Position numbers and translations under genes: made by a program. Of a DNA stretch of 64,000 nucleotides, positions 49,763-60,269 are shown piece by piece. Every line of letters starts with the position of its first letter. Position 1 is the stretch's first letter. The notes beneath the pieces were generated by a model. The model was not told where the DNA came from. It was given only the letters and a program-made list of their open reading frames with translations, and made no database searches. The stretch covers positions 1,056,001-1,120,000 of the forward strand of contig OZ251539.1 in NCBI GenBank assembly GCA_965243135.1, given 5' to 3'. This stretch comes from Alphaproteobacteria bacterium. GTDB taxonomy: Bacteria > Pseudomonadota > Alphaproteobacteria > MPNO01 > UBA830.

Positions 49763-52135
49763 TCACTCGGGCCGGAGGCGCGATACGCCGATGGCCTCGC
49801 GCGCCGCCGCTTCGCGGGACTGGGCGATCTTCATGTAACGTCCGTTCCGCCAGCTCTCCGTCGTGTTGTCGTACAGCGCGGAAAGCGGGTTGCCGGACTG
49901 CCCGGTAGCGACCGCGAATTGCGAGTTTTCGAGCGACGACAGATCGTAGATGGCCCTGTATCCCGGTCCGTGAACGCTGGCGAAGGGCGAACGCGCGTCG
50001 TTCAGGCGGTGCTGGCCGCGGTTGACGGTGAACGCGCCGCCGCCGCTCTCCACGCGAATGTCGGCCAGGGAGCGCAGCACCGGAATCCTTCCGAACAGCG
50101 GGTGCCGGAACAGAGCTTCGTGCGCCGCGCCCCAACGCCATTCGCTCATGTCCGTTCCGAAACGCTCCCTGAGCTGGTCGAGAGCGCGCGCGAGCGCCTC
50201 CGTCACCACTTGCCCGCAGCCTTCCCGGGCGTCGGTCGCCGCATGGTCGCACCAGACGGTTCGTCGGGTCAGCATGCGGCGCGCGACTCTGGGGCGAAGG
50301 CCCCAGTACTCCTCGAAAAATTCTCCGAGTTCGTCTGCGTAAAGCCCGCGATTGACCTCCGCCAGCCACGCCGTGAAGACGAGCGGGGCGCCGAGTTCGC
50401 GCGACATCCGGCCGTCCCATCGCCGCAGCAATGAAACGGCGGCGCGGCCCTGTTCGTCGGCGGGGTCGGCGCGCTCCAGGAGCAAGGGCAACAGGGCCTT
50501 GGCGGCGTGCGACAGGACGTCGTTCTGCAATTCGGCCTCCGTTTCGAGCGTCCTGGGCCGCGGAGAATCCAGATGCTCGAGGATCCGGGACGCGCGGTAG
50601 GGCGCCGGCCAGTCGCGCGTCAGATGCCAGCGATAGCCGGGCGGAACGATGCGATGGTTCGCGTTGACGACGCGGCCGGAACGCGGATTGAAGGCCGTCG
50701 GCAGCTGATCGAAAGGAATGAAGCCCGACCACTCGTGCGTGCCCGTCCATCCGGGAACCGGCGCGCCGCCGTCGCCCCGGCTGCGAACAGGAACCCGTCC
50801 GGGCGCCATGAAGCCGATGTTGCCGTCGATGTCCGCGTAGGTGATGTTCTGTTGCGGCGAATGGAAGTGCCGCAGCGCCTCCCGGAATTCGTTCCAGTCG
50901 CGGGCCTGGTTGATTCTCAGAATCGCGAGCGGCGTGAGGTCGTCGGGCCGCAGGCCTGCGGACGCCAGCGCGACGACGTGACCTTCCGGCGCTTCGAATC
51001 GGCGGTCGAAGTCGGAGATGACGGGGCCGTGCACCGTCTGCCTCACCTTGTGCCGAACCGGATCGCGCCCCCTGACCCCGATCTCCTCGGTGCGCGTCGC
51101 GAATGGACGCGGGCCGTTCGGTCCCTCGTAGCCGCCGGATGCGGCGAGGCGCTCTATGTACAAATCCTGCGTGTCGCTGTCGGTGGTGGTGAACGCCCAG
51201 GCGATGCGCCCGTTGTGGCCGAGGACGTGAAACGGCACTCCCGCGACCGTGGCGCCGGTCACGTCGAGGCCCGGCGCCTTGAGCCGGGCCAGATACCAGA
51301 GCCCCGGGGCGCGAAAGCCGAGATGGGGATCGTTGGCCAGCAGGGGCATCCCCGAAGCCGTGAACTTGCCCGAGAGCGCCCATGAGTTGGAGGCCGATAC
51401 CCTGCGCAGGGCGTCGGGCACGCTGCGGAGCAACCCGCCGAAGAGACGGTTGAACGCCGGTCCGGTAACGGCGGCGTCGATCGTGGGAGCGGGGCCGTTG
51501 GTTTCGACGGGCCACAGATCCGCCAGGCGATCCGGTTCCAGGACTTTCGACAGGGCGGCGCGCAGCGCTTCGGTCCTCCAGTTCGACGTCAGGCGCTGGC
51601 CCATCAGCCGCCCCCAGACGAGGGAATCCGCCGGCGACCAAGGCTCGGGTTCGTACCGGAGCATGAGAAACTCGGGCGGCAGCGCGCCGGATCGCGCGTC
51701 CAGAAAGGCGTTCACGCCGGAAACGTACGAATCGAGATAACGGCGCGCGTCCTCGGGCATTCGCTCGGCGGTCTCGGCGGCGAGCCTGTAAAGACCCAGG
51801 GTCCGCATGGTGCGGTCGATCTGCAACGTAGGACTGCCGACCACCTCGGAAAGCCGGCCGGCCCCGAGGCGGCGCATGAAATCCATCTGGAACAGGCGAT
51901 CCCGCGCATGGACGAAGCCGAGAGCGAAATAGGCGTCCTCCGGCGTGGCCGCATGGATGTGCGGTACGCCGTTTCTGTCGTGGATCAGTTCGACGTCGGC
52001 GCCGAGTCCGGCAAGGCGCGTTTCTCCCGCCAGATCGGGGAGCGAGGTGCGCAGCCAGAGAAAACCTCCGGCGACCGCGAGGACGCATGCGGCCGCCAGG
52101 CCGCCAAGAATTCGAAACAGTATCTTTCGCCGCAT
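49763..52135 (-). CDS. Penicillin acylase family (Ntn hydrolase)
   Basis: N-terminal TM, GVPHI, DRLFQM, catalytic SNSW, ANDPHL, GQSGNP. Confidence 0.92.
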   Translation of the reverse strand: MRRKILFRILGGLAAACVLAVAGGFLWLRTSLPDLAGETRLAGLGADVELIHDRNGVPHIHAATPEDAYFALGFVHARDRLFQMDFMRRLGAGRLSEVVGSPTLQIDRTMRTLGLYRLAAETAERMPEDARRYLDSYVSGVNAFLDARSGALPPEFLMLRYEPEPWSPADSLVWGRLMGQRLTSNWRTEALRAALSKVLEPDRLADLWPVETNGPAPTIDAAVTGPAFNRLFGGLLRSVPDALRRVSASNSWALSGKFTASGMPLLANDPHLGFRAPGLWYLARLKAPGLDVTGATVAGVPFHVLGHNGRIAWAFTTTDSDTQDLYIERLAASGGYEGPNGPRPFATRTEEIGVRGRDPVRHKVRQTVHGPVISDFDRRFEAPEGHVVALASAGLRPDDLTPLAILRINQARDWNEFREALRHFHSPQQNITYADIDGNIGFMAPGRVPVRSRGDGGAPVPGWTGTHEWSGFIPFDQLPTAFNPRSGRVVNANHRIVPPGYRWHLTRDWPAPYRASRILEHLDSPRPRTLETEAELQNDVLSHAAKALLPLLLERADPADEQGRAAVSLLRRWDGRMSRELGAPLVFTAWLAEVNRGLYADELGEFFEEYWGLRPRVARRMLTRRTVWCDHAATDAREGCGQVVTEALARALDQLRERFGTDMSEWRWGAAHEALFRHPLFGRIPVLRSLADIRVESGGGAFTVNRGQHRLNDARSPFASVHGPGYRAIYDLSSLENSQFAVATGQSGNPLSALYDNTTESWRNGRYMKIAQSREAAAREAIGVSRLRPE

Positions 52136-52272
52136 GGACAATCCGACCTGTTGGGGAGCGCGGGCGCTTCCTGACTTTCTTTCGGGACGCCGACAAGCGC
52201 GGTTTCGTCCCCCGGCGCGGGCGACGAACGCGAGTAAAATGCCATCGCCGCGCGCCGAGGCAAGCGGAGGCG

Positions 52273-52725
52273 TCAACGGTAATCGGCGGACGGGTCGAAC
52301 TTCGCGCCTTCCTCCAGAAGGCCGTGGCCGGGAACGTGGTTGACTTCCAGCCGGATGCCGTCCGGGTCTTCGAACAGGACGTAATAGTAACCCGGGGCCC
52401 AGTTTCCCTCCACGGGACCGCGGACGATTCTCGCCCCGGCCGCGCGGGCCTTTTCCGCGGCGCGGTCGACGTCCTTGCGGCTGCGGGCGCGGAGGCAAAT
52501 ATGGTGGAGCCCGACGCGCCCCTGGTCGAATCGCTCGTTTTCGTTTTCGGGCGGGCAGCGGGAGATGCCGATCGCGGTTCGGGCGCCGACATGGTAGCAG
52601 AAATCGCCTCCGTCGAAGACCCGCTTCATGCCGAATTCGGGTAGCAGCGCGGAATAGAATTCGCGCGCCCGCTCGAATCGGCCGACGGTCAGAATCACGT
52701 GAGCCATGCCGTTGATCATGCGCAA
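52273..52725 (-). CDS. VOC/glyoxalase family protein
   Basis: AHVILTV, GLHHICL, FEDPDGIRLE; TTG start after GGAGG. Confidence 0.88.
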   Translation of the reverse strand: MRMINGMAHVILTVGRFERAREFYSALLPEFGMKRVFDGGDFCYHVGARTAIGISRCPPENENERFDQGRVGLHHICLRARSRKDVDRAAEKARAAGARIVRGPVEGNWAPGYYYVLFEDPDGIRLEVNHVPGHGLLEEGAKFDPSADYR

Positions 52726-53048
52726 TGTCCTCCGTTGGGCGGCGAATCGCCGTCTCTTTCCGGGCGGCGTCCGGCGGAATGCCCGAACGGCGGCGCTTGG
52801 TCGCGTATCGTCAGGCTGCCGTGCAGCCGTCTTCGGTTCTTCACCGTTCGCCATCGTCTTCCCGTCGGCGGAGAAATCGGCGCGGAAGGCGCGCAGTAGC
52901 CGTCGCGCCCAACGCGCTGGGCGGACGCCGAACGCTCGGACGCCGTTCTCGCTGACGAGGAGAATGCAAGTTTCGCCTCCCTCGTCGCCGCGGCATGGAC
53001 GCCGGCGACCGGCTTCGGTTGCGGGGCGGCAGGCACGGCGCGGCGGGG

Positions 53049-53534
53049 TCAGCGGAGGTCGGCGGTTGGTGGGTCGCTGGACGCCGAAGGCTTCGGAATT
53101 CCCTCGGGATTGCCGCTGCCGTTCCGGTAACGCCCGATTCCCTGCGCCGTAGCGACGACTCGGCCCGTTTCGTCCCGCGCTTCGGCGACCGACATGAACA
53201 GGGTTCCGCCGCCGCCGGTTCGGCGCGCTTCAATGGTGACGCGGCTGCCTTTCCGGACCGGCGCGACGAAGTTGACCGTCAGCGTCGCCGTCGCGCCGGT
53301 CCGGTAGTTTCCGGGCACGGTGCAGTAAATCGCCGCATGCGCCAGGGCGGCGTCGATCGCGGTCGTCAGGCAACCTCCATGCAGGATTCCGATCCCGTTC
53401 AGCAGACGGTCCTCGACATCCATCTCGATCACGCAGCGATCGAGCTCCCACTCGACAAGCCTCAGTCCTACGCCGTCGGCGAACGCTCCGAAACGCTTCA
53501 GGCTGGGGCGCGCAGGGGGAAGGGCCGCGGACAT
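53049..53534 (-). CDS. PaaI family thioesterase
   Basis: NGIGILHGG..TAID, TATLTVNF. Confidence 0.82.
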   Translation of the reverse strand: MSAALPPARPSLKRFGAFADGVGLRLVEWELDRCVIEMDVEDRLLNGIGILHGGCLTTAIDAALAHAAIYCTVPGNYRTGATATLTVNFVAPVRKGSRVTIEARRTGGGGTLFMSVAEARDETGRVVATAQGIGRYRNGSGNPEGIPKPSASSDPPTADLR

Positions 53535-53724
53535 CGTCAACCGCCGCGCGCCTGAGCGAGCGGCGCGGACGGGCCGGCGGACCGTCGCGGGGCGCTGTCC
53601 GAAGCCGTCGCGCCAATCGGCGAACGATTCGCGAATGGCCGTGCGGCGCGGCGAACGAGGCTGCGCGGGCGACGCGACGTCTTCGAGCGCGAGAGATCTC
53701 CGGCGCCTGCGCCCGTCTTGCCCG

Positions 53725-55230
53725 TCACGTCGTTCGACCGACGAAGCGCTGCAGTCCGACGTCGGCGCGCCAGGCGCGCCGGTGGGCGTCGGCGAGGTAC
53801 GGAAGCGCGACCCGGCGCGTTTCCGTCACCTTGTCGTAGTCGGCGATGAAGTGCCGCATCCGGTCGCTTACCTCGCGGCGCAGCGCGTCCTCGTCGATGG
53901 TCGTGACGACGCGGTCCCTGACGACCACTTTGCCGTCGATCACCACGCTGGAAACGCTTCGTCCGGTTTCGGAGTAGACGAGCTGGCGAGCGGCGCTGTT
54001 ATAGGGAAGCCAGGCGGTATCGCGCATGTCCAGAAGAACGAGATCCGCCTTGCGGCCGGGCTGGATGGCGCCCAGCCTGTCGTCGAGCATCGCCGTCCGG
54101 GCTCCGCCGAGCGTAGCGAAGCGGATTGCGTCGGCCGCATGGGGGGAGCCGGGTTCGGGATCGCTGACCGCCGACAGCAGGCAGAAGAGTTTCATCGCCT
54201 GAAACATGTTCTGGACGTCGCTGCCCGAACAGTTGTCGCATCCGAGCGCGATGCGCATTCCCGATTCCTGCATGTCGAGAACCGGCGCGACGCCGCTCTT
54301 GAGTTTCATGTTGCTGTTGTGGTTGAGCACGGCCCCTGCGTCCGCGGCCGCCATCCGGTCCATTTCGGCCCGGGTGATCCAGACGCTATGCGCGATGTTG
54401 AGCCGGCGATTGAGAACGCCGGCGGCGTCCAGGTAACCGATAAAGGAGCCGCCGTACTCCCCGAAGGCTTCGCGCGCCATGACGGCCTGCGACCGGGTTT
54501 CGTAGACATGGATGTAGATGCCGAGGTCGCGACGCTCGGCAAGGTCGCCGCAGCCGGCCAGCATTTCCGGGGTGCAGCGTTGGGGAGCGAACGGACCCAC
54601 CGCCCAGTGCAACGCGCCCCGCGCCGGATGGCGATCGATCTGACTCTCCAGGAAATCCAGTTGCTCGCGAACGCCGAGCGCCTTGTCGCCCATCATCGCC
54701 CGGATCTCGGGCGGCAGCAGATGGCCGTTGTGCACCATGCCCACCGGCGGGATGTCGGAAACCATGGGCGCGAACACGACGCGCTCCCCGATCTCCCGGT
54801 AGGCGGAGATGACGACGTCGACGTAGTCCTCGGACAGCGGAACCAGCCCCAGCATGTCCTGAACGGTCGTAATTCCGCAGCGCATGGACTCGAGCGCTCC
54901 GACCAGCGTTCGCAGCCGCACTTCTTCCTTGCTGCGATTTCCGCCCATGGGAAGCGTGTAGAGCAGCCACGTCTCGAGCGGCATTTCCTCGAACAGGCCG
55001 CGGCACAACGTGTCGTGGGAATGGTAGTGCCCGTTGATCAGTCCGGGAATTACGAGGTGGTCGGCGGCATCGAGTATTTCCGCGCCCGCGGTCCGACCGG
55101 CCGGCAGGTCGTTGCCGACCGCCACGATGTCGGCGCCCTCGACGAGGATGTCGGCCACGGGCGGTCTGTGGACGTCGCTGTCATGGTCGTAAACGTATCC
55201 GCCGACGATCAGGAGTTTCCGCTTGTCCAA
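53725..55230 (-). CDS. Metal-dependent amidohydrolase (AtzA/MtaD-like deaminase family)
   Basis: PGLINGHYH, IHVYET, AHSV, LGCD, GRKADLV. Confidence 0.9.
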   Translation of the reverse strand: MDKRKLLIVGGYVYDHDSDVHRPPVADILVEGADIVAVGNDLPAGRTAGAEILDAADHLVIPGLINGHYHSHDTLCRGLFEEMPLETWLLYTLPMGGNRSKEEVRLRTLVGALESMRCGITTVQDMLGLVPLSEDYVDVVISAYREIGERVVFAPMVSDIPPVGMVHNGHLLPPEIRAMMGDKALGVREQLDFLESQIDRHPARGALHWAVGPFAPQRCTPEMLAGCGDLAERRDLGIYIHVYETRSQAVMAREAFGEYGGSFIGYLDAAGVLNRRLNIAHSVWITRAEMDRMAAADAGAVLNHNSNMKLKSGVAPVLDMQESGMRIALGCDNCSGSDVQNMFQAMKLFCLLSAVSDPEPGSPHAADAIRFATLGGARTAMLDDRLGAIQPGRKADLVLLDMRDTAWLPYNSAARQLVYSETGRSVSSVVIDGKVVVRDRVVTTIDEDALRREVSDRMRHFIADYDKVTETRRVALPYLADAHRRAWRADVGLQRFVGRTT

Positions 55231-56077
55231 TTGTCGCTTCTCCTAAATGGCGCGGCGCATTTTTCCATACGAAGATGTCTGGAGAATATAGCAGGATAAC
55301 CGTTTCGCCGGGTACGTTCGAACGCTTCGTCGGCTGCGATACGCTGCGGTCGCGAAGTCAGACGCGCAACGCGGGTTTTTGGCTGGTGCCGCTACGCAAT
55401 GGCCCTTGGCCGCATTGGCGTCCGACAGCGCCGATCAGGAGGAAGGTCATGGCGCTGCCCGAAGCGGCGAGGGGGCGCTCCGCCAAGCGCTTCGAAGAGA
55501 GCGAAATTTCGCTGGACATGCGCTGTCGTCCGCTTTGTTGGCGTCAGCCGCAGGAGTCGTGGCAACCTTGCGCTCTACGTTGTCGCGGCATGGTGCGACG
55601 ATGTGACGATGTTCTCCGAACGGATAGTCCCGCATGGAGTGTTGAGCCGCGTGCGCTGTCCGCAACGCCTTGAAATGCGGACAGCTTTCAGGAGCACCGA
55701 ATTTTTTCCTCGGGTACGGAAAACTGCGAATTTCCCGCGCCGGGACCGCGATTTTCGCAGATTCTACCCCACGGCCGGCCGGGCGCCGCCCCTGGCCGCC
55801 TGCGTTCAGGCCACGGCCCGGCTTGCACCGGGTTTGCGGTGCGGCAACACTCGCTTTTTGTGACTGAGCGCCCGCGAGGCCCTTGCGGGCCGCTGGCGGG
55901 CGGGCGGAGCGGTTCGCGGGGCGTCGGCCGGGCGGAGGGCCGACGAAAAATGGCGCGGCGCAACCATCTCGTTTCCTCTTGCATATTTCATAAGCGCACT
56001 ATAAGTTCGTCTTATAGGCCGACTGTTGGCACGCGAGCCCCGCCGACCGGGGCGCAGACCGGGGAGGAGACGGAACG

Positions 56078-57103
56078 ATGAACGACGACGCCAAGTACAA
56101 GTCCCTGTTCAGCCATCCGCGGGTGTGCCGCGACCTGCTGCGCAGCATCGTTTCGAAAGGACTGGCCGACCGGCTCGACCTCGACACCCTGCAGACGATG
56201 CCGACGGAGTTCGTGGACGCCCGGCTGGGACAGCAGCGCAGCGACATGGTCTGGCGCGTGAGCTTCCGCGAGGGGGACGGCGAACTCTACGTCGTCGTCC
56301 TGACGGAGTTCCAGTCGACGGTCGACCAGGACATGCCGCTGCGCATGGTCAAGTACACGTCGCAAATATACACGGAGCTGCGGAAGAAGAAGCGGTCGCC
56401 CGGCGAGAAGCTGCCGCCGGTGGTGCCGGTGGTGGTCTACAGCGGAGAGGCGCGATGGTCGGCGCCGCGGGAGATGAGGGAGATGGTCGGGCCGGTCGAC
56501 GAGGAGCTTGAGCCGTACCAACTGCAACGTTACTTTCTGCTTGACCTTCGCCGGACGGGCGTCGAGGATGCGATGCTGGACAACGTGCTGTACGCGCAGG
56601 CGCTGGTCGAGCAAGGCCGGTGGGAGGATCTGCGGCCGGCGCTGTCGGCGTTGCAGGAGGCGACCGACCCGGAGGCCGATGCGCAGCTTCGCGGCCTGTT
56701 TGCGGCGTTGGTGCGTCAGGCGGCGGAAGGCAGCGGGCAGGTGAGCGGCGAGACGCTGAAGAAGCTGAAGTCGTTCGAGGAGACAGGGGAGTTGGGAGAG
56801 ATGGGATCGTTGTTGGCCAAACGGATGGATCAGGCTGTCGACGAGAGTCGGGCCAGGGGCTGGGCCGAGGGCAGGGAGTTGGGGCTGACCGAAGGCAGGG
56901 AGCAAGGGCTGGAACGACAGCGGGCGATCTTGTTGCGTCAGGCGGCGCGGAAGTTCGATGCGGGCACGGCAACGCGCCTCGAGGCGCTGCTGGCCGCGAT
57001 CGACGATCCCGACCGTCTTGCCGTGCTCGGCGATTACGTGATCGACAGCGACGACGGCGAGGAGTTGCTGTCGCGCGCGACGGGCGTCGCCAGGCTGCAC
57101 TGA
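56078..57103 (+). CDS. Rpn family recombination-promoting nuclease/putative transposase (PDDEXK_2)
   Basis: DAKYKSLFSHP, RSDMVWRV, EFQSTVD.DMPLRM, LPPVVPVVVY, EGRE repeats. Confidence 0.92.
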   Translation: MNDDAKYKSLFSHPRVCRDLLRSIVSKGLADRLDLDTLQTMPTEFVDARLGQQRSDMVWRVSFREGDGELYVVVLTEFQSTVDQDMPLRMVKYTSQIYTELRKKKRSPGEKLPPVVPVVVYSGEARWSAPREMREMVGPVDEELEPYQLQRYFLLDLRRTGVEDAMLDNVLYAQALVEQGRWEDLRPALSALQEATDPEADAQLRGLFAALVRQAAEGSGQVSGETLKKLKSFEETGELGEMGSLLAKRMDQAVDESRARGWAEGRELGLTEGREQGLERQRAILLRQAARKFDAGTATRLEALLAAIDDPDRLAVLGDYVIDSDDGEELLSRATGVARLH

Positions 57104-57975
57104 GCCGCGCCTGCCCCCCGGAGCTTGCGGCGCGGTCGCGCCCGGCGGCGGAGCGAAGCTGCCGGTCCCCGCCCCGGCGCTCTTCCGGCTGAACATGCCC
57201 ACGGCAGCCGGAGAGCGGACCCGGAAGCAGGCGCGAAAAAGGGCGCGGCGCAAACGCCTCGGTGGACTTCCTGATGAAGCGCGACGGGCAGGGCGTGACC
57301 GCCGTACCGGCGCGCGGCGAGAAATCCGTACGGGGTTCGGCGTACGGGAAGGCGATGCCCGAGAAACGAACGAGTCGCTCCGCGCGCCTTCGACGGATCG
57401 AAGAGCGCAACAGGCATTCACGACATTTCCAGTCTCTCTGGCGAATCGGTCGTCCCCGCCCGAAGCGGTCGGGTCGGGTCGGACCCATGCTTGGTCAGGT
57501 TGAACGTTGCTGCGGGTCTGGCCTGGAGCGAACCGCCTCTTCGATGCTGAACGATCTCCCCGTGCGCGGGAACTGTCGCCGAAAAAGGTGTATGAACAGA
57601 GCCAACGCATCTCTTGACGAATTCGGCGTTCGCGGAAATCTTCAGAGAGGAACATCGAGAGGGCTTAAGCTGGATCGAAAATCGGACGGCTGCGGCGTTG
57701 GAGCGAAGTGACCGAGAAAAATCGGATGATCGGGCGGAAACGGAAGATCCTTGAGAGGATGCTTGCATGAAAAGCTCTATCCTTCCGTCAGGCAGATAGG
57801 TTGAATGTCGCAGAGAGTTTGCACCGCGAGGTGCGGCAGGGCATGGGCGGTGGCTGGTCCGACTTGCGCGGAAACCGGATCTCGGAATCGGCGAAACAGG
57901 CGTGCCCGGAGTCGTGATCAAGGTGGACTACGGGTCGGGCTCGTGGGACTTCGTCAATAACTGGCGGGCATTGGA

Positions 57976-58221
57976 ATGAATGGCGACAATGATGGAGTAC
58001 CGCTTTCCACGCCCGGCAGATCCGGCTCCGGGGGCGGCGACTGCGGGGAGCGTCTGGCCAGAATCGAGGCGAAACTCGAACGCATGGTCACGCGAGGAGA
58101 TCTGGCTGAAGTCAAGGCGTTGATCGAACGCAAGGAGGCGTCGATGCTGCGCTGGCTGCTCGGCATTCTTTCGGTGGCGGCTATCGGCGTGGTTGCGGCC
58201 ATGCTCCGGTCGTTTATGTGA
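57976..58221 (+). CDS. Small coiled-coil protein with C-terminal TM helix
   Basis: ERLARIEAKLE..TRGDL..LRWLLGILSVAAIGVVAAML. Confidence 0.6.
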   Translation: MNGDNDGVPLSTPGRSGSGGGDCGERLARIEAKLERMVTRGDLAEVKALIERKEASMLRWLLGILSVAAIGVVAAMLRSFM

Positions 58222-58713
58222 TCTCGGACGGAACATTGGCGGCGGAGGTCAAACTCTGTCGGCACGTTTCCCCGGGAGTTGCATGGCGGTCGGCCGGACT
58301 GATCGACCAGTGCCGCAGCCAGGCCGTGGAGGTTCCCGTTGCTTTTCCTGCAAAGAGAGCCGCGGGTTTCGGGCGCTGCCGTCGACTCCCTGATCATCCG
58401 GACAGGGCGTCGGCAGAGAAAGGCCGCCGCCGTTCGGAACCATGATGTCGGTCTTGCTTGCGCCCGAAGCAGGAACAGCGGTCGCGCATGTCGATCGCGT
58501 CACTGTTCGAGTGCAAGTCCGCGCACCCGTGGCATGCCGACAAACGCTTGCAATCCGGGAGACCTCCATACAAGTCTTACGCGTCCGGCGAGCGACGATG
58601 TCGGAAGATTCCGGAAGTTGGTCTCTCAACGGAAGGTCTGTGGAACGACGCTTTCGGAAGGCTTGCGGAAACCTCCCTGAAACCGCGATGCTCGCGGACC
58701 GAGGAAAGCAGCG

Positions 58714-60252
58714 ATGAAATTCACCAGCGATCCGGTCGTCTTCCCCAATCCCAATCCGCGCGCGCCATTGGCGTCCGTCGTCGAATGCGCCACGGAGACG
58801 CCTTCGCGCGTCACGCTCGACGTTTTCTCGGACGAACGTTCCTGGCGGTTGGATTCCGGTTCCAAACCGCGGGAAAGGCACCGTATCCCGCTGATCGGTC
58901 TGCGGCCCGGAACGACCAGCAGGGTGGAGGTTGCCGCCGAAGACGGGCGCGGAGGAAAGGCGATCGCCACTCTGACCTGCGAAGCGCCGCGGCTCCCCTC
59001 CAATTTACCGCCGATGGAACTCCTCGCCTGCATTCCCGAGAGACGCGAGCCGGGCGCGATGATGTTCAACGTCCGTTACGCTCCGGCCTCCGAGAATCGT
59101 CCCGAAATGGGTTTGCTGGCGGCTGTCGACCGGACCGGCGAGATCGTCTGGATCTATCGCATCGGCGAAGCGATCGGCGACGTGCGCAGACTCGCGAACG
59201 GCAACGCGCTCTACGTCGCCGACGGCCGTATCTGCGAAATCGACTTCCTGGGCGACACCAAACGGGAGTGGTATGCGGCCGGACGGTGGAAAGGCAAAAC
59301 GCCGCCTGAAGGCGCCATTCGCGTCGATACCGGAATGTTTCATCACGCGGCGATCGAGCTGCCTTCCGGCAATATTCTCGCATGCAGCATGGAGATTCGG
59401 GAGATCGACGGTTTTCCGGCGACCGAGGACGATCCGAATGGCGGCACGGAGACAGCGAAGGTCGTCGGCGACGTGGTGGTCGAATTCCGGCGCGAGGACG
59501 GAAAGATCGTCAATCGTTACCCGATGCTCGACCTGCTCGATCCGCACCGCGTCTGCTACGGCAGTCGGGCCGCTTACTGGATTCGCCGCGGCTATCCCGA
59601 CACCTGCGACTGGAGCCACGCGAACGGCCTGGCCTACGACGATTCCGACGACAGCTTCGTCGTTTCCCTGAGGCATCAGGATTGTCTGGTGAAGATCGAC
59701 CGGACCAGCGGCTCCCTGGTCTGGATTCTGGGAACTCACGCGAACTGGCGAAAGCCGTGGAACGACAAGTTGCTCGTTCCCGAGCCGGGGCTCGAGTGGC
59801 AGTACCACCAGCACGACTGCTCGATCACGCCCTCGGGCGCCGTGATGTGCTTCGACAACGGAAATCACAGGGCGACGCCGTTCGACCGCAAGACGCCGGA
59901 GGCCGAAAGCTACAGCCGCGTCGTCGAGTTCGCGATCGAGAACGGCCGGGTGCGCCAGTCGTGGGAGCGGGGACGGCGGGAAGACGGCGCGTTCTCCTCT
60001 TTCCAGAGCGGCGCGTATCGCCTGCCCGCCACCGGCAATACCTTCATCGATTACGGAGGCGTCTGCACGGTCGACGGCATCCCGTCCGCCGACGTGAACG
60101 CGGGACACTGCATGGCGCGGCTGGTCGAAGTCGCGCCGGATGGCGAGGTCGTTTTCGAACTCGTCGTGAACGACGCGGCGGCGCAGGATCCCGCTGCCTT
60201 GTCCTCGTTTCGCGCCGAGCACTTTCCCGCTCTCGGCCCTCCGTGCCTGTAG
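58714..60252 (+). CDS. Aryl-sulfate sulfotransferase (ASST family)
   Basis: N-terminal NP.APL, FHHAAIEL, DWSHANG, SLRHQD, YHQHD, FDNG. Confidence 0.85.
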   Translation: MKFTSDPVVFPNPNPRAPLASVVECATETPSRVTLDVFSDERSWRLDSGSKPRERHRIPLIGLRPGTTSRVEVAAEDGRGGKAIATLTCEAPRLPSNLPPMELLACIPERREPGAMMFNVRYAPASENRPEMGLLAAVDRTGEIVWIYRIGEAIGDVRRLANGNALYVADGRICEIDFLGDTKREWYAAGRWKGKTPPEGAIRVDTGMFHHAAIELPSGNILACSMEIREIDGFPATEDDPNGGTETAKVVGDVVVEFRREDGKIVNRYPMLDLLDPHRVCYGSRAAYWIRRGYPDTCDWSHANGLAYDDSDDSFVVSLRHQDCLVKIDRTSGSLVWILGTHANWRKPWNDKLLVPEPGLEWQYHQHDCSITPSGAVMCFDNGNHRATPFDRKTPEAESYSRVVEFAIENGRVRQSWERGRREDGAFSSFQSGAYRLPATGNTFIDYGGVCTVDGIPSADVNAGHCMARLVEVAPDGEVVFELVVNDAAAQDPAALSSFRAEHFPALGPPCL

Positions 60253-60269
60253 ACCTTTCGAGAACCCTC

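Noticed and set aside
55275-56000. ORFs or sRNA between the amidohydrolase and rpn
   Set aside because: No recognisable protein or RNA motif; only generic GC hairpins
57418-57930. Lower-GC segment as a restriction or defence gene remnant
   Set aside because: No frame could be matched to a family by eye
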